From NCBI GenBank assembly GCA_029939615.1, contig JAOZSP010000002.1, forward strand, positions 1 to 33,894: a DNA stretch of 33,894 nucleotides. Direction: 5' to 3'. The first letter of the stretch is position 1, and every line of letters starts with the position of its first letter. The translations under genes were made by a program, and so were the position numbers. Shown piece after piece: positions 18,057 to 28,053 of the stretch. The stretch is from Candidatus Izemoplasma sp. Lineage in GTDB: Bacteria; Bacillota_I; Bacilli_A; Izemoplasmatales; Izemoplasmataceae. Below the pieces are notes generated by a model. It was not told the DNA's origin. It did no database searches and was given only the letters and a program-made list of their open reading frames with translations.

Positions 18057-20486
18057 ATGATAAAATTAAAAGGGTTACAAAAATACTATAACCGTAAAAA
18101 AACAAATGAAATACATGTAATAAACGATATTAATTTAGATTTGCCAGATAAAGGATTAGTTGTTTTACTTGGTCCTTCTGGAAGTGGGAAAACAACATTA
18201 TTGAATGTTCTTGGAGGACTAGATAAAGTCCATCAAGGTTCGATTACTTTTGGTGATGAGCAAATCGAGAAATATAATTCAAAAGTATGGGACAAAATTA
18301 GAAATAGAAAAGTTGGATATATATTCCAAAATTATAACTTATTAACTAACTTGACAGTGTATGATAATATTTCACTTACTTTAAATATGGTAGGAATCAC
18401 TGAAAAAGAAGAGATTGATAAAAGAATTGATTACATATTAGATAGTATGGGAATGATAAATTACCGTAAAAGACGTGCTTTTCAGTTGTCAGGAGGACAG
18501 CAACAACGTGTTGCGATAGCTCGAGCTTTAGCTAAAAACCCATCAGTTATAATAGCTGATGAACCAACTGGGAACTTAGATAGTAAAAACACACAAGACA
18601 TAATGAATATTATTAAGCAAATCTCATTGAACAAACTAGTAGTTTTAGTAACTCACGAAGAGGAAATTGCTGATTTTTATGGAGACAGAATAATCCGCCT
18701 TGAAGATGGGAAAATAATTAGTGATATTTCAAATACATCAAACGGTAGCTTAGATGTTCAACATGAAACTGATATCTACTTAGGTGATATGCGCTCAGTA
18801 TCTAATGTATTAGATGATAATTCATCATTAAAAGTATATACTGATGAAGATATTGAAGATAAATTAGATATAAGATTAATTGTTAAGAATAAAACAGTTT
18901 ATATTGATGTTAAATCTAAAGAGTATCAAAAAATTCAATTACTTGAAAAAGATACTGAAATTAAGATATACGATAAGAAATATGAAAAGTTACAAGCAGT
19001 AGATTTTGTAGAAACTGATTTCAATTTAGAATCAATAATTACAGAAGCAGATACTGAAAATGTTAAACACAGTGTAATAAGCATTAAAGACAGCTTAAAA
19101 TTAGCTGTAAAAAGGTTAAAAGGATCCTCTAAATTAGGAAAACTATTTTATGTAGGATTTGCTGGAGGAGCAATTCTTATTGCTCTAGCAGTTGGTATGT
19201 TAAGTGGTATCTTAACAATGGGATCTGATGAATTTTTACAAGGAGCAAAGGAAATGGTTGTTTTTGATAAGAATACAATGGATTATGATGATCTTGTATT
19301 GTTAGCTGATGATCCTTCTGTTAATTACTTCCAAGTTATTGGTTCAATTAATATAAGAGTTGGTTTACCAACGATATTCCAAAATTTTGATAATAGTGTT
19401 GCTTTATCAAAGGATGCTGTTTATAGTGAATATCTAAATGAATCAAAGATTATTTATGGTAATGATAAGGGAGTTCAAAATTATAATGAATTCGTTATTG
19501 ATAAACGAATAGCTGATCAATTGTTAAAAAATTCAACATACAACTATTTAGGAATTACAACGTATAAAGATTTATTAGATATTGATTACTATATTACACT
19601 AAGTGGACCAGAAGGACCATTTCAGTATGAAGTGAAATTAGTCGCAATTGTTGATGATGAAAGTGCAGTTATTTATGCTACACAGGAACTTATCTTTATG
19701 TCTCAGTTTCAAGTTGGGATATACGAGATTTTCGAAGACGATATTACATTAGAACAAGGGTTTGAAATAGAAGAAGATGATGAGTTCCTTGTTTATGATT
19801 TGGAAATATTAGAAGCGCCTTTAGCATTAAATACTGTTGAATACTTTGATAAGACTTTCCATGCAGTTGGTGCTTATACAAGTGATACTAATGTTCCTAT
19901 GGTTTTAATTAAACGAGATCATATAGGGGAAACATATTTTGATGACGTTTATGTATTGCCAAACGCTAATGTATACTTCCATTCAAATGATGTTGATAAA
20001 ACTATAAAATATTTAATAGAAGAAGGTATCGAATCAGAAAGCTCATATCAAGAACAGTATGATGTTTATCGTTCTAATCGTTTAAGTGATAGCTTAGGAA
20101 CAATAATCTTTACATTTGTTGTCTTATCTGCTTCTGCTATCAGTTATTTCTTTATTATAAGATCTAGTTTATTATCAAGAATTTATGAAGTAAGTGTTTA
20201 TAGAGCTCTTGGAGTAACAAAGGGCGATATTCGTAAAATATTTACTACAGAGATAGTTCTTATTACAACAATAACAAGTATTGTAGGATACCTTGGTACA
20301 ACACTTATAATGTACCGTATTCAACTGTTGGCTGAAGATTATATGGATCTAATCTATATATCACCGCTAAGTATCATATCAGGAATTATTGTTATTTATA
20401 CTATTAATATTATTTCAGGACTTATACCTGTATCAAATTTATTACTAAGAACACCAGCTGAAATATTAAGTAAATACGATTTCTAA
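18057..20486 (+). CDS. MacB/FtsX-type fused ABC ATPase-permease (copy 2)
   Basis: [29 protein letters not shown]; C-terminal FtsX segment [10 protein letters not shown]; long acidic insert before TM1. Confidence 0.92.
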   Translation: MIKLKGLQKYYNRKKTNEIHVINDINLDLPDKGLVVLLGPSGSGKTTLLNVLGGLDKVHQGSITFGDEQIEKYNSKVWDKIRNRKVGYIFQNYNLLTNLTVYDNISLTLNMVGITEKEEIDKRIDYILDSMGMINYRKRRAFQLSGGQQQRVAIARALAKNPSVIIADEPTGNLDSKNTQDIMNIIKQISLNKLVVLVTHEEEIADFYGDRIIRLEDGKIISDISNTSNGSLDVQHETDIYLGDMRSVSNVLDDNSSLKVYTDEDIEDKLDIRLIVKNKTVYIDVKSKEYQKIQLLEKDTEIKIYDKKYEKLQAVDFVETDFNLESIITEADTENVKHSVISIKDSLKLAVKRLKGSSKLGKLFYVGFAGGAILIALAVGMLSGILTMGSDEFLQGAKEMVVFDKNTMDYDDLVLLADDPSVNYFQVIGSINIRVGLPTIFQNFDNSVALSKDAVYSEYLNESKIIYGNDKGVQNYNEFVIDKRIADQLLKNSTYNYLGITTYKDLLDIDYYITLSGPEGPFQYEVKLVAIVDDESAVIYATQELIFMSQFQVGIYEIFEDDITLEQGFEIEEDDEFLVYDLEILEAPLALNTVEYFDKTFHAVGAYTSDTNVPMVLIKRDHIGETYFDDVYVLPNANVYFHSNDVDKTIKYLIEEGIESESSYQEQYDVYRSNRLSDSLGTIIFTFVVLSASAISYFFIIRSSLLSRIYEVSVYRALGVTKGDIRKIFTTEIVLITTITSIVGYLGTTLIMYRIQLLAEDYMDLIYISPLSIISGIIVIYTINIISGLIPVSNLLLRTPAEILSKYDF

Positions 20487-20511
20487 AAAAGCACATTTTG
20501 TGCTTTTTTTT
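20485..20511 (+). terminator. Intrinsic terminator
   Basis: AAAAAAGCACA-ttt-TGTGC followed by a T-tract. Confidence 0.85.
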
Positions 20512-20538
20512 GAGTACATATAAAATCCAACTTAATAG

Positions 20539-20549
20539 TGTGCTATAAT
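20539..20549 (+). promoter_or_regulatory. Extended -10 promoter for the OLD-like operon
   Basis: TGTG-c-TATAAT (TRTGn-TATAAT). Confidence 0.6.
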
Positions 20550-20568
20550 TATAGTAGGTGGTGGTTCT

Positions 20569-21750
20569 ATGATTGAACATATTTTCATTAAAAACTACAA
20601 GGCATTTAAAAAAGAAAATATACCTTTAGATAGAAATACATTACTAATAGGTTCAAATAGTTCAGGGAAGACTACAGTTTTAGAGGCTTTAGACCTATTT
20701 TTTAACAATGTATTACATTATCACTATATTATTGATAAGACAAAAGACGTTATAGTTGAGATCCATATAAATGATAATAGATATCGCAAAGTATACAAAG
20801 CACCTAGGTATAACATTGATTTTTCTATTTGTATTGGAGATATGTTTGATATAAATCATATTAAGTATTTATATATCCCAAAAATAATTGATAATCCTAA
20901 GTTATTGAATGACATACTGACTATTAATTTGACAGGTAAAGTATCTCCTGAAGAGCAAGTGAACATTTTCAAAGTATCCGACTATATAGACGGAGTCATT
21001 GGAAATAGTAATTATAAACTATTTAAGACATCATCAAAATATGAAATGAATATTGATGATAATGTGGAACTTAATAAGGAAGATTATTGTCGCATTGTTT
21101 CTAATATAACTTATCAACACTTGATTATCGGAATTGATAATTATGAAGACAATTTCGATATAGATGCGTTAAATAAAATTATAAAATATTCCTATCAAAC
21201 AATCTTTATTACCAACGATAAGAAGATAGTTAAGGACTATAATTATTTCGTCTTTGCACTTTATAAAGGAAACAAAATTGACGATTTAGATACCATTAAG
21301 AAGAGACTATATAAAGGATTTAATAAGATATATCTGCTAGTTGAAGGGAAATACGACGTAAATTGGTTCGAAACAGCTTTGAGACTTTTAAATAAAGATG
21401 ATAAGTATACTGTCATTCCTTGTGGTGGTAGTGGGAACATTGCTTATGTTGAAGAACAATTGATTAAAGAAGGATTTAAAACGATAGTAGTTATGGATGG
21501 AGATACTCTAAAAAAAGGTTCCTTAAAAAGAGATGTTATTGAACAATACGCAGATGTAAGTTATATTAATAATCGATTTAGTTTGAATCTAGAATATATG
21601 CCTAAAAAGAAACATGCTTTTTTCAAAAAGTTTTACGTGAAAGATGATGTAGTAAAAAATGTGTTAAGCCGATGGGCAAAAAAGAATTTAACATTGCAAA
21701 ATGAATTTGTAAAAGAGTTAGATATAATCCTAACAAAAGGAGTGGTTTAG
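20569..21750 (+). CDS. Compact OLD-family-like protein (ABC-type ATPase N-terminus plus TOPRIM domain)
   Basis: IKNYKAF and Walker A GSNSSGKTTVLEAL; TOPRIM motifs LLVEGKYD, IPCGG and MDGD, then IEQY. Walker B and H-loop appear degenerate. Confidence 0.75.
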   Translation: MIEHIFIKNYKAFKKENIPLDRNTLLIGSNSSGKTTVLEALDLFFNNVLHYHYIIDKTKDVIVEIHINDNRYRKVYKAPRYNIDFSICIGDMFDINHIKYLYIPKIIDNPKLLNDILTINLTGKVSPEEQVNIFKVSDYIDGVIGNSNYKLFKTSSKYEMNIDDNVELNKEDYCRIVSNITYQHLIIGIDNYEDNFDIDALNKIIKYSYQTIFITNDKKIVKDYNYFVFALYKGNKIDDLDTIKKRLYKGFNKIYLLVEGKYDVNWFETALRLLNKDDKYTVIPCGGSGNIAYVEEQLIKEGFKTIVVMDGDTLKKGSLKRDVIEQYADVSYINNRFSLNLEYMPKKKHAFFKKFYVKDDVVKNVLSRWAKKNLTLQNEFVKELDIILTKGVV

Positions 21751-22223
21751 TGGATTATTATATAGAGTGTCGAAACGTTTTTAATAGGAAAAATATTAGT
21801 ATTTTTGATTCTGAGGATGAGGTAGTTGCTAATGTTGAATTTCATAAAGCATCAGACAAGTATCAAATTGAGATTAAAAATATTTTTACTAATAAGACAT
21901 ATTACTGTAAATCAAATCCTTTGAGGATTAAAAAGCGATACATCGTTTTTGATGGTAATCAAAAACAGGTTTCCAATATAGGCCTAGGAGTAAAAATTAT
22001 TCATAGTATTATTGAAGCAGATAAATATTATTTTGTTAAAGCTGCTTTTTGGAAAATTAAATATACTATTTATGATAATAGAACTGTAATAGGTGGTTTA
22101 AATATTATTAGAAAAAATAGAAAAAGATTTTATAAAATCACGGTGAACAACGATGATTTTGTCATTGTTCTATCATTGTTTTTGCTAGCGCAAGCCGTTA
22201 GAATAAAAAGTATAGTTATATAG
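21750..22223 (+). CDS. Divergent LURP-one/tubby-C-terminal-like protein
   Basis: GTG start overlaps the upstream stop; RBS AAGGAG. Same length and layout as the next ORF (YYxxxxxF...IxD, beta-rich body, hydrophobic terminal helix). Confidence 0.6.
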   Translation: MDYYIECRNVFNRKNISIFDSEDEVVANVEFHKASDKYQIEIKNIFTNKTYYCKSNPLRIKKRYIVFDGNQKQVSNIGLGVKIIHSIIEADKYYFVKAAFWKIKYTIYDNRTVIGGLNIIRKNRKRFYKITVNNDDFVIVLSLFLLAQAVRIKSIVI

Positions 22224-22233
22224 GAGGATTATT

Positions 22234-22734
22234 ATGAGATATTATGTAAAACAAAAAGTGTTTTCTTTAAGAGATAAATTTAAAATTCTTGATGGATCAC
22301 AAAATGAATTGTATCAAGTTGCTGGAAAATTTTTCAGTATTCAAAATAAACTAGAACTGCTTAATATGGATGGCTCTCAAGTTCTAAACTCTAAGAAGCA
22401 AATATTATCGATTTTACCGAAATACTTTGTATATACACCTCACGGTGATCAAGTTGCTGAAATCGCAAGAAAGTTTGCTTTTAAGCCTAAATTTATTGTT
22501 CAAGTAGGGCATGAGGAACTTATGGTTGAAGGTTCACTTTTTGGACATTCATTTGGTATTTTTAATGGTGATGTAGAAGTTGCTTCAATTCAGAAAAAGA
22601 TTATTTCATGGGGAGATACATATGAAATAAATATTGAGGACGAAACGAAAAAGGAATTGTACTTATTCATTGTAATAATTATAGATCAAGTAATTCATGA
22701 ATCTAAAGGCCGTTCAAGAGGAATTAATACATAG
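22234..22734 (+). CDS. LURP-one-related (scramblase/tubby C-like) protein
   Basis: YYVKQKVFSLRDKFKI and SIQKKIISWGDTYEI, terminal helix VIIIDQ; RBS AGGAGG. Confidence 0.88.
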   Translation: MRYYVKQKVFSLRDKFKILDGSQNELYQVAGKFFSIQNKLELLNMDGSQVLNSKKQILSILPKYFVYTPHGDQVAEIARKFAFKPKFIVQVGHEELMVEGSLFGHSFGIFNGDVEVASIQKKIISWGDTYEINIEDETKKELYLFIVIIIDQVIHESKGRSRGINT

Positions 22735-23379
22735 TTGGAGAGTAAATGCTTGATTTGTGGAAATCCTACAAATCCGCTTAGTGATAAACAACTAAAAGTC
22801 ACATATAGGGTCTGCCCAAAATGTGACTTAATTTCTAAGGAAAAAGAGTATCATTTAAGCGATAAAACAGAAAAGGAAAGATACGATTTACACCACGATA
22901 CTAGTACAAATCAGGGGTACTTAAACATACTTAATAATTTGATTAATTTGTACGTTAGACCGCTCAAAAGCGTAAAAACAGTACTCGATTATGGCTCTGG
23001 ACCCTATCCAACGCTAAAAAAACTATTATCAGAAGAAGGATTTGAAGTGAATGATTTTGATCCTTTTTATAATAATAATATAGAGTACCAAAACTATAAA
23101 TATGACTTGATAATTTCAACAGAAGTATTTGAGCATTTTAGCAATCCAATTAAGGAAATAAAACACCTGCTATCATTAATGAATGACAGAGGGTATTTAT
23201 TAATAATGACTAACTTTAGAACAATGCCAGCTGATGAATTTACATCATGGTGGTATCGCAGAGATGAAACACATGTTTCTTTTTTTAACAAGAATACATT
23301 TGATTATATTTCCAAGGAGTTTGATTTGAAAGAGATTGATTGTAATAATAAAAATATCATTTTATTTCAAAAGAGATAG
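22735..23379 (+). CDS. Class I SAM-dependent methyltransferase with N-terminal zinc ribbon
   Basis: CLICG...CPKC, motif I VLDYGSGP, YDLIISTEVFEHF and WWYRRDETHVSFF; TTG start. Confidence 0.88.
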   Translation: MESKCLICGNPTNPLSDKQLKVTYRVCPKCDLISKEKEYHLSDKTEKERYDLHHDTSTNQGYLNILNNLINLYVRPLKSVKTVLDYGSGPYPTLKKLLSEEGFEVNDFDPFYNNNIEYQNYKYDLIISTEVFEHFSNPIKEIKHLLSLMNDRGYLLIMTNFRTMPADEFTSWWYRRDETHVSFFNKNTFDYISKEFDLKEIDCNNKNIILFQKR

Positions 23380-23396
23380 GAATTCATGGTGGAAGT

Positions 23397-25742
23397 ATGA
23401 AAAAGATTAAAATAACTGCCAAAGAAATTGTTCAGTTTATTTATTCTGGTGGGGACTTAACAAGCGAATTTAAATCTAATAAGCGTGCGCTACAAGGGAT
23501 TGATGCGCATGCTTTTTTGCAAAACAAATATGGAGAAGATGATGAGAAGGAAGTTAGAGTTGAAACTCTTTATCATTATGAAGGATATGAGTTTTATATT
23601 ACAGGGCGAATGGACGGACTTATAAAAGAAAAAGGTAAACTTATTATTGAGGAAATTAAGAGTACATTAATGGATTTGCCTTTAATAGATATTGATTCTA
23701 GACCTGAACATCTTAGCCAAGCTAAAATGTATGCATATTTATATTGTAAAACTAAGGGCATAAAATCTATAAATGTTCGTTTAACTTATATAACAGTGGG
23801 TGATTATGAAGTGAAATCATTTAATAAGCGATATAACCTCACACAGTTAGAGAAATTTTTCAAAAAAACAATTGTTGAGTACACAAAATGGCTAGTGATA
23901 TATGATAATCACCAGTTGACTAAACTTAAATCATTAGAGGGGTTATCGTTTCCTTTTGAAGATTACCGAGAAGGACAATATAAGTTTATGGGAGCAGTAT
24001 ATAAAACACTAATTAATGAGGACATTTTGTATAGTATTGCACCTACGGGTATAGGAAAGACTATTGCGGCACTTTTTTCCAGTTTAAAAGTTATCAAAAA
24101 TGAAAAAGATAAGATATTTTATCTAACTGCGAAAAACGCTGGTAAGAAAATTGTTGTAGACACTGTGAATTTATTAAAAGACAATGGGCTAGTTTGTAAG
24201 ACGGTAGTTATTAATTCTAAGGAAAATATGTGTATGATGGACAAAGTAGATTGCGACCCTGAAATATGTCCTTATGCAAAAGGGTTCTTTAACCGTTTAA
24301 AAGAGGGATTGAACGATATTTTTGTACATCAAGATGTGTATGATATGGAGTTAATCAAAAGTTATGGAGAGTATCATAAAATATGTCCGCATGAATTTAG
24401 TTTAGCAATTTCTAATTACTCTGATATTGTTATTTGTGATTATAACTATGCTTTTGATCCGAGAGTTCATTTAATTCGATATTTTGATGAAGAATACTTT
24501 AATCCTATGCTTTTAATTGATGAGGCACATAATATGATTGACCGCTCACGTTCTATGTACTCCAGTTTTATTAAGAAATCATCATTAATCGCTCTTAGAA
24601 GAAGTTCAAGCAAAGTAAAACCAGCGATTAGATCACAAATCAATAAATTAGTTAAGTATATTGATAGTTTTGTTGATGAATACGAGATTATTAAGGCTCA
24701 GTTTTACTATCAGGAAGAACTAGATTACGATTTAGTGAGATTGATTGAAAGAATTACTACTAAGATTGAACAAATCTTATCAGAAAACAAGAAGTTTTCT
24801 AATCGTGATAAGATTTTAGATGGATATTTTGAATTAATTCAGTTTGTGAGAATAAGTGAGTATTATAGTGATAGCTTTAGATATATAATTGAAGTGATTG
24901 ATGATGATATAGTTATTAGTCAAAGATGTCTAGATGCTTCTAAGTATATTTATGATACTATTGATAGAAGAGCTAAAGGAACTGTATTTTTTAGTGCTAC
25001 CTTAGAACCCGTTGATTATTACGTTAAATTGATAACGAACGGTGAAGGTAAAAGTATTCAGATACAGTCTCCATTCAAACAAGATAATCTTGGGCTATTT
25101 ATTGATGATTCTACTTCTACTAGGTACCGAGATCGTGAGAGAAGCATTGATGCTATAATAGATTCTATCTATGGAATGCTTGAAACTAAAATAGGAAATT
25201 ATATAGTTTTCTTTCCCTCTTATAGGTATCTAAATCGTGTTTTAGAGCACTTTAAGAGCGAGGACTATGAAATATTAGTCCAATTAAGAAATATGACAAC
25301 TAAGGGAAGAAAAACTGTTTTGGACAAGTTTGATACCGTCGGGATGGTATCAAAAGTAGGTTTCTTTGTTATTGGTGGAAGTTTTAGCGAAGGAATTGAT
25401 TATATTGGCGATAAACTAAGTGGTGTTTTAGTTGTTGGAGTAGCTCTACCGCAGTTTAATAAATATAATGAGCTATTAAAGAACTATTTTGAAAAGGAGT
25501 TTGGAGAAGGATTTGACTATGCTTATACATATCCTGGAATGAATAAAGTTATCCAAGCAATTGGAAGAGTTATTAGAACAAACGATGATGTAGGAGTAGG
25601 GATTCTATTTGATGATCGCTATGCACACTATAAGTACAAAACTCTTTATCCTAAAAATTGGAATCATATAAAAACAATCAAACGAAATACATATCTTCAA
25701 AACTATTTGGAAGATTTTTGGCGTAAGAAAAATAAAATTTAA
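23397..25742 (+). CDS. DinG/XPD (Rad3)-family Fe-S DNA helicase with an N-terminal PD-(D/E)XK nuclease domain
   Basis: GRMDG..IEEIKS..QAKMY nuclease motifs; APTGIGKT; four Cys (CMMDKVDCDPEICP...ICP); DEAHN, FSATL, SEGID and QAIGRVIR. Confidence 0.92.
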   Translation: MKKIKITAKEIVQFIYSGGDLTSEFKSNKRALQGIDAHAFLQNKYGEDDEKEVRVETLYHYEGYEFYITGRMDGLIKEKGKLIIEEIKSTLMDLPLIDIDSRPEHLSQAKMYAYLYCKTKGIKSINVRLTYITVGDYEVKSFNKRYNLTQLEKFFKKTIVEYTKWLVIYDNHQLTKLKSLEGLSFPFEDYREGQYKFMGAVYKTLINEDILYSIAPTGIGKTIAALFSSLKVIKNEKDKIFYLTAKNAGKKIVVDTVNLLKDNGLVCKTVVINSKENMCMMDKVDCDPEICPYAKGFFNRLKEGLNDIFVHQDVYDMELIKSYGEYHKICPHEFSLAISNYSDIVICDYNYAFDPRVHLIRYFDEEYFNPMLLIDEAHNMIDRSRSMYSSFIKKSSLIALRRSSSKVKPAIRSQINKLVKYIDSFVDEYEIIKAQFYYQEELDYDLVRLIERITTKIEQILSENKKFSNRDKILDGYFELIQFVRISEYYSDSFRYIIEVIDDDIVISQRCLDASKYIYDTIDRRAKGTVFFSATLEPVDYYVKLITNGEGKSIQIQSPFKQDNLGLFIDDSTSTRYRDRERSIDAIIDSIYGMLETKIGNYIVFFPSYRYLNRVLEHFKSEDYEILVQLRNMTTKGRKTVLDKFDTVGMVSKVGFFVIGGSFSEGIDYIGDKLSGVLVVGVALPQFNKYNELLKNYFEKEFGEGFDYAYTYPGMNKVIQAIGRVIRTNDDVGVGILFDDRYAHYKYKTLYPKNWNHIKTIKRNTYLQNYLEDFWRKKNKI

Positions 25743-25958
25743 ATAGTTTAGGTGTTCATAAAGAGAATATAATTTTGACACGTTTAGAAAAAGGGACACA
25801 AGGTGTTTTTATATTAGACAAAGGATTAAATCATACAAGTTCTTAAAAAATAAAAAAGTTTGTTAACTCAAGTGATTATCAAGTTAGTAGGGATAATACC
25901 TATTTAAGTAGAAAAAAGTATGAAAATGAAAATATATACTCGAAAATAGGAGGATATA

Positions 25959-26956
25959 ATGGAAGAATACATGAAAAAAGACAAGAATAACGAGTTGTTG
26001 AAATAGCGGCTGACCTGTATGGTGTAAACTAGCTTATATTATGAAAGTAGGAGGGTTTGAGAGCTTTGTTTTTGAGTTTTCTGATGGTAGTGAAAGTTAT
26101 ATTTTAAGGTTTGTTCATAGTAGTCACAGAGTATACGAACAAGTACTCGCAGAACTAGAATTTATTGAGTATCTTGATAGTAATAATTCCCCAGTTTCGA
26201 CTGTAATTCATTCAATTAACAACAAGACTGTTGAAAAAATTGAGATTGATGACATAAGATACCTTTCCGTTTGTGTATTTGAAAAGGCTCATGAAGTATT
26301 GGTTACTGAAACTGATCAAACTGATGAATTTTTTATAATGTTCGGTGAGAAATTGGAAAACTTCACAATCTCACAAAATCCTTTAATCCAATAAATAAAA
26401 GAATAGATTGGACAGAAGAAAATTATATGGGATAGCTGTAAAAGTTTTAGAAGAAAAAGACCGTAAAATCATTGAAATATACGAAAAATTGCTAGAAAAA
26501 ATAAATATATTGCCAAAAAACTGTGATAATTTTGGACTGATTCATACAGATATTCATTTCTATAATAAGTACATATATAAAGGAGAACTAACGTTTTTTG
26601 ACTGGGATGACTCGGCATATAAGCATTTCATTAGTGATTTAGCAATAGTGATATTTTACCACTTTATGTATAAAGATGTTTTACAAGAAGGTATAAACGT
26701 ACAAAGTCGGCATATTTTAGCGCTTTTAGTCGAAGGATATAATCGTCAAAATCTTCTAGATATTTCCTTCCTCTGGAAATTGAATGATTTTTTGCTTCTT
26801 CGATCAATTGTTATTTACATTCTTCTTGTTGCTGCAGCTACTTCAAAAAGTAAAAATCTTATACTCCATAGTTTCATTAGAAAAACTAGAAATTTTATTA
26901 TTAATTGCGTTCCATTTTTGGACATGAGTTTTGTTTTGGATGGATTTGAAAAGTGA
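25959..26956 (+). pseudogene. APH/homoserine-kinase-type phosphotransferase broken by four frameshifts
   Basis: RBS AGGAGG and ATG 25959. Successive -1 shifts join MEEYMKK / VVEIAADLYG / MKVGGFESFVFEF..FGEK / IGKLHNLTKSF..WTEENY / IAVK..GLIHTDIHFYN..FDWDD. Confidence 0.8.
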
Positions 26957-27112
26957 TTGGTCAACATTTAATTTTCAATAGACAGGATTAATATTAGCAA
27001 TTTTTGCTTATTCATTTATGTGAAAGCAGAAATTATGCTACTATTCTATATTAATTTTGACCAAACATTCATTGCCGCAATATTTCTACAATTCTATTCT
27101 GTCATATACACT

Positions 27113-27274
27113 AGTTTTCCTATACATGAACTTGATAATGTGATATTATCTAATCATTCCGGAGGTTATACTTCGAATACTAATAAGGAAGTAAATAAAG
27201 ATATATTAAATATTATTAGAAAACTTCGTGAGGAAAATTACGAAGATAGATTGAATTTAAAAAATTTATTATAA
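27113..27274 (+). pseudogene. 3' remnant of a D-isomer-specific 2-hydroxyacid dehydrogenase gene
   Basis: FPIHELDNVILSNHSGGYT matches the family motif PLxxLxNVILTPHxGxxT. The upstream NAD-binding part and any RBS are absent. Confidence 0.65.
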
Positions 27275-27286
27275 GGTGGAGTAAAC

Positions 27287-27955
27287 ATGAAAAGAGTATT
27301 ACTATTATTTTTAGCACTAGCATTAGGAGTAACTTTAACTGCATGTAAGGAAGATGAAGAAGTAGAAGAAATTGTGCATGAAGTGCCAAAAGAAATCTCT
27401 GTAAATCTTCAAGAACTTCAGTATGCAGAGTATCTAACACTTAATAATCCTGTTGTAACAATTACTGTTGAAGGGCTAGGAGACATAGTAATCCAGCTAT
27501 TTCCAGGAGTTGCACCAATTACTGTAGATAATTTTCTAAAATATGTTGCTGATGGAGACTATGACGATAATTTATTCCATAGAGTTGTTAATGGTTTTGT
27601 TATACAAGGTGGCCAACTAGAATCTCCTGAATGTAATATCCCTGGAGAAATGTTATCAAATGATTTTGATAATGAATTGATGCATTATCGTGGGGTAATT
27701 TCAATGGCTAGAGTTGGTGATGATTATGGATCTGCAAATTCTCAATTTTTTATTGTTCAACAAACTTCAACTTACTTAGATGAAGAGTATGCAACATTTG
27801 GTGGAGTAGTCGCTGGATTCAATGTGCTTGATTATATAGCTTCAATGCAAGCAAGTAATGGAGAATATCCTTATACACCAGTAGTTATTACTTCAATCAC
27901 TGTTGATCTTAATGGTTACGTTGCTCTAGATAGAGTTTGTGTAGAAGAAGATTAG
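27287..27955 (+). CDS. Cyclophilin-type peptidyl-prolyl isomerase, lipoprotein
   Basis: Lipobox LTAC; APITVDNF, FHRVVNGFVIQGG, GVISMAR, SANSQFFI and YATFGGV. Confidence 0.93.
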   Translation: MKRVLLLFLALALGVTLTACKEDEEVEEIVHEVPKEISVNLQELQYAEYLTLNNPVVTITVEGLGDIVIQLFPGVAPITVDNFLKYVADGDYDDNLFHRVVNGFVIQGGQLESPECNIPGEMLSNDFDNELMHYRGVISMARVGDDYGSANSQFFIVQQTSTYLDEEYATFGGVVAGFNVLDYIASMQASNGEYPYTPVVITSITVDLNGYVALDRVCVEED

Positions 27956-27988
27956 AAAGAATACATAATAAGTAATGAGATGTAGATA

Positions 27989-28027
27989 AGAGAGAGAATG
28001 AAATCAAGTTTTCATTCTCTCTTTTTT
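27989..28027 (+). terminator. Intrinsic terminator
   Basis: AGAGAGAATGAAA-tcaagt-TTTCATTCTCTCT followed by a T-tract. Confidence 0.85.
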
Positions 28028-28053
28028 AGTGTTATAATGTATTAGGTGGTTTG

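Noticed and set aside
23397-23900. Cas4-like nuclease or CasDinG of a type IV CRISPR system
   Set aside because: No array or cas genes; a PD-(D/E)XK-DinG fusion is a common stand-alone repair-type helicase.
27020-27112. 5' part of the 84-aa ORF as a real protein
   Set aside because: GTG start without RBS and no family resemblance; only the 3' part looks coding.
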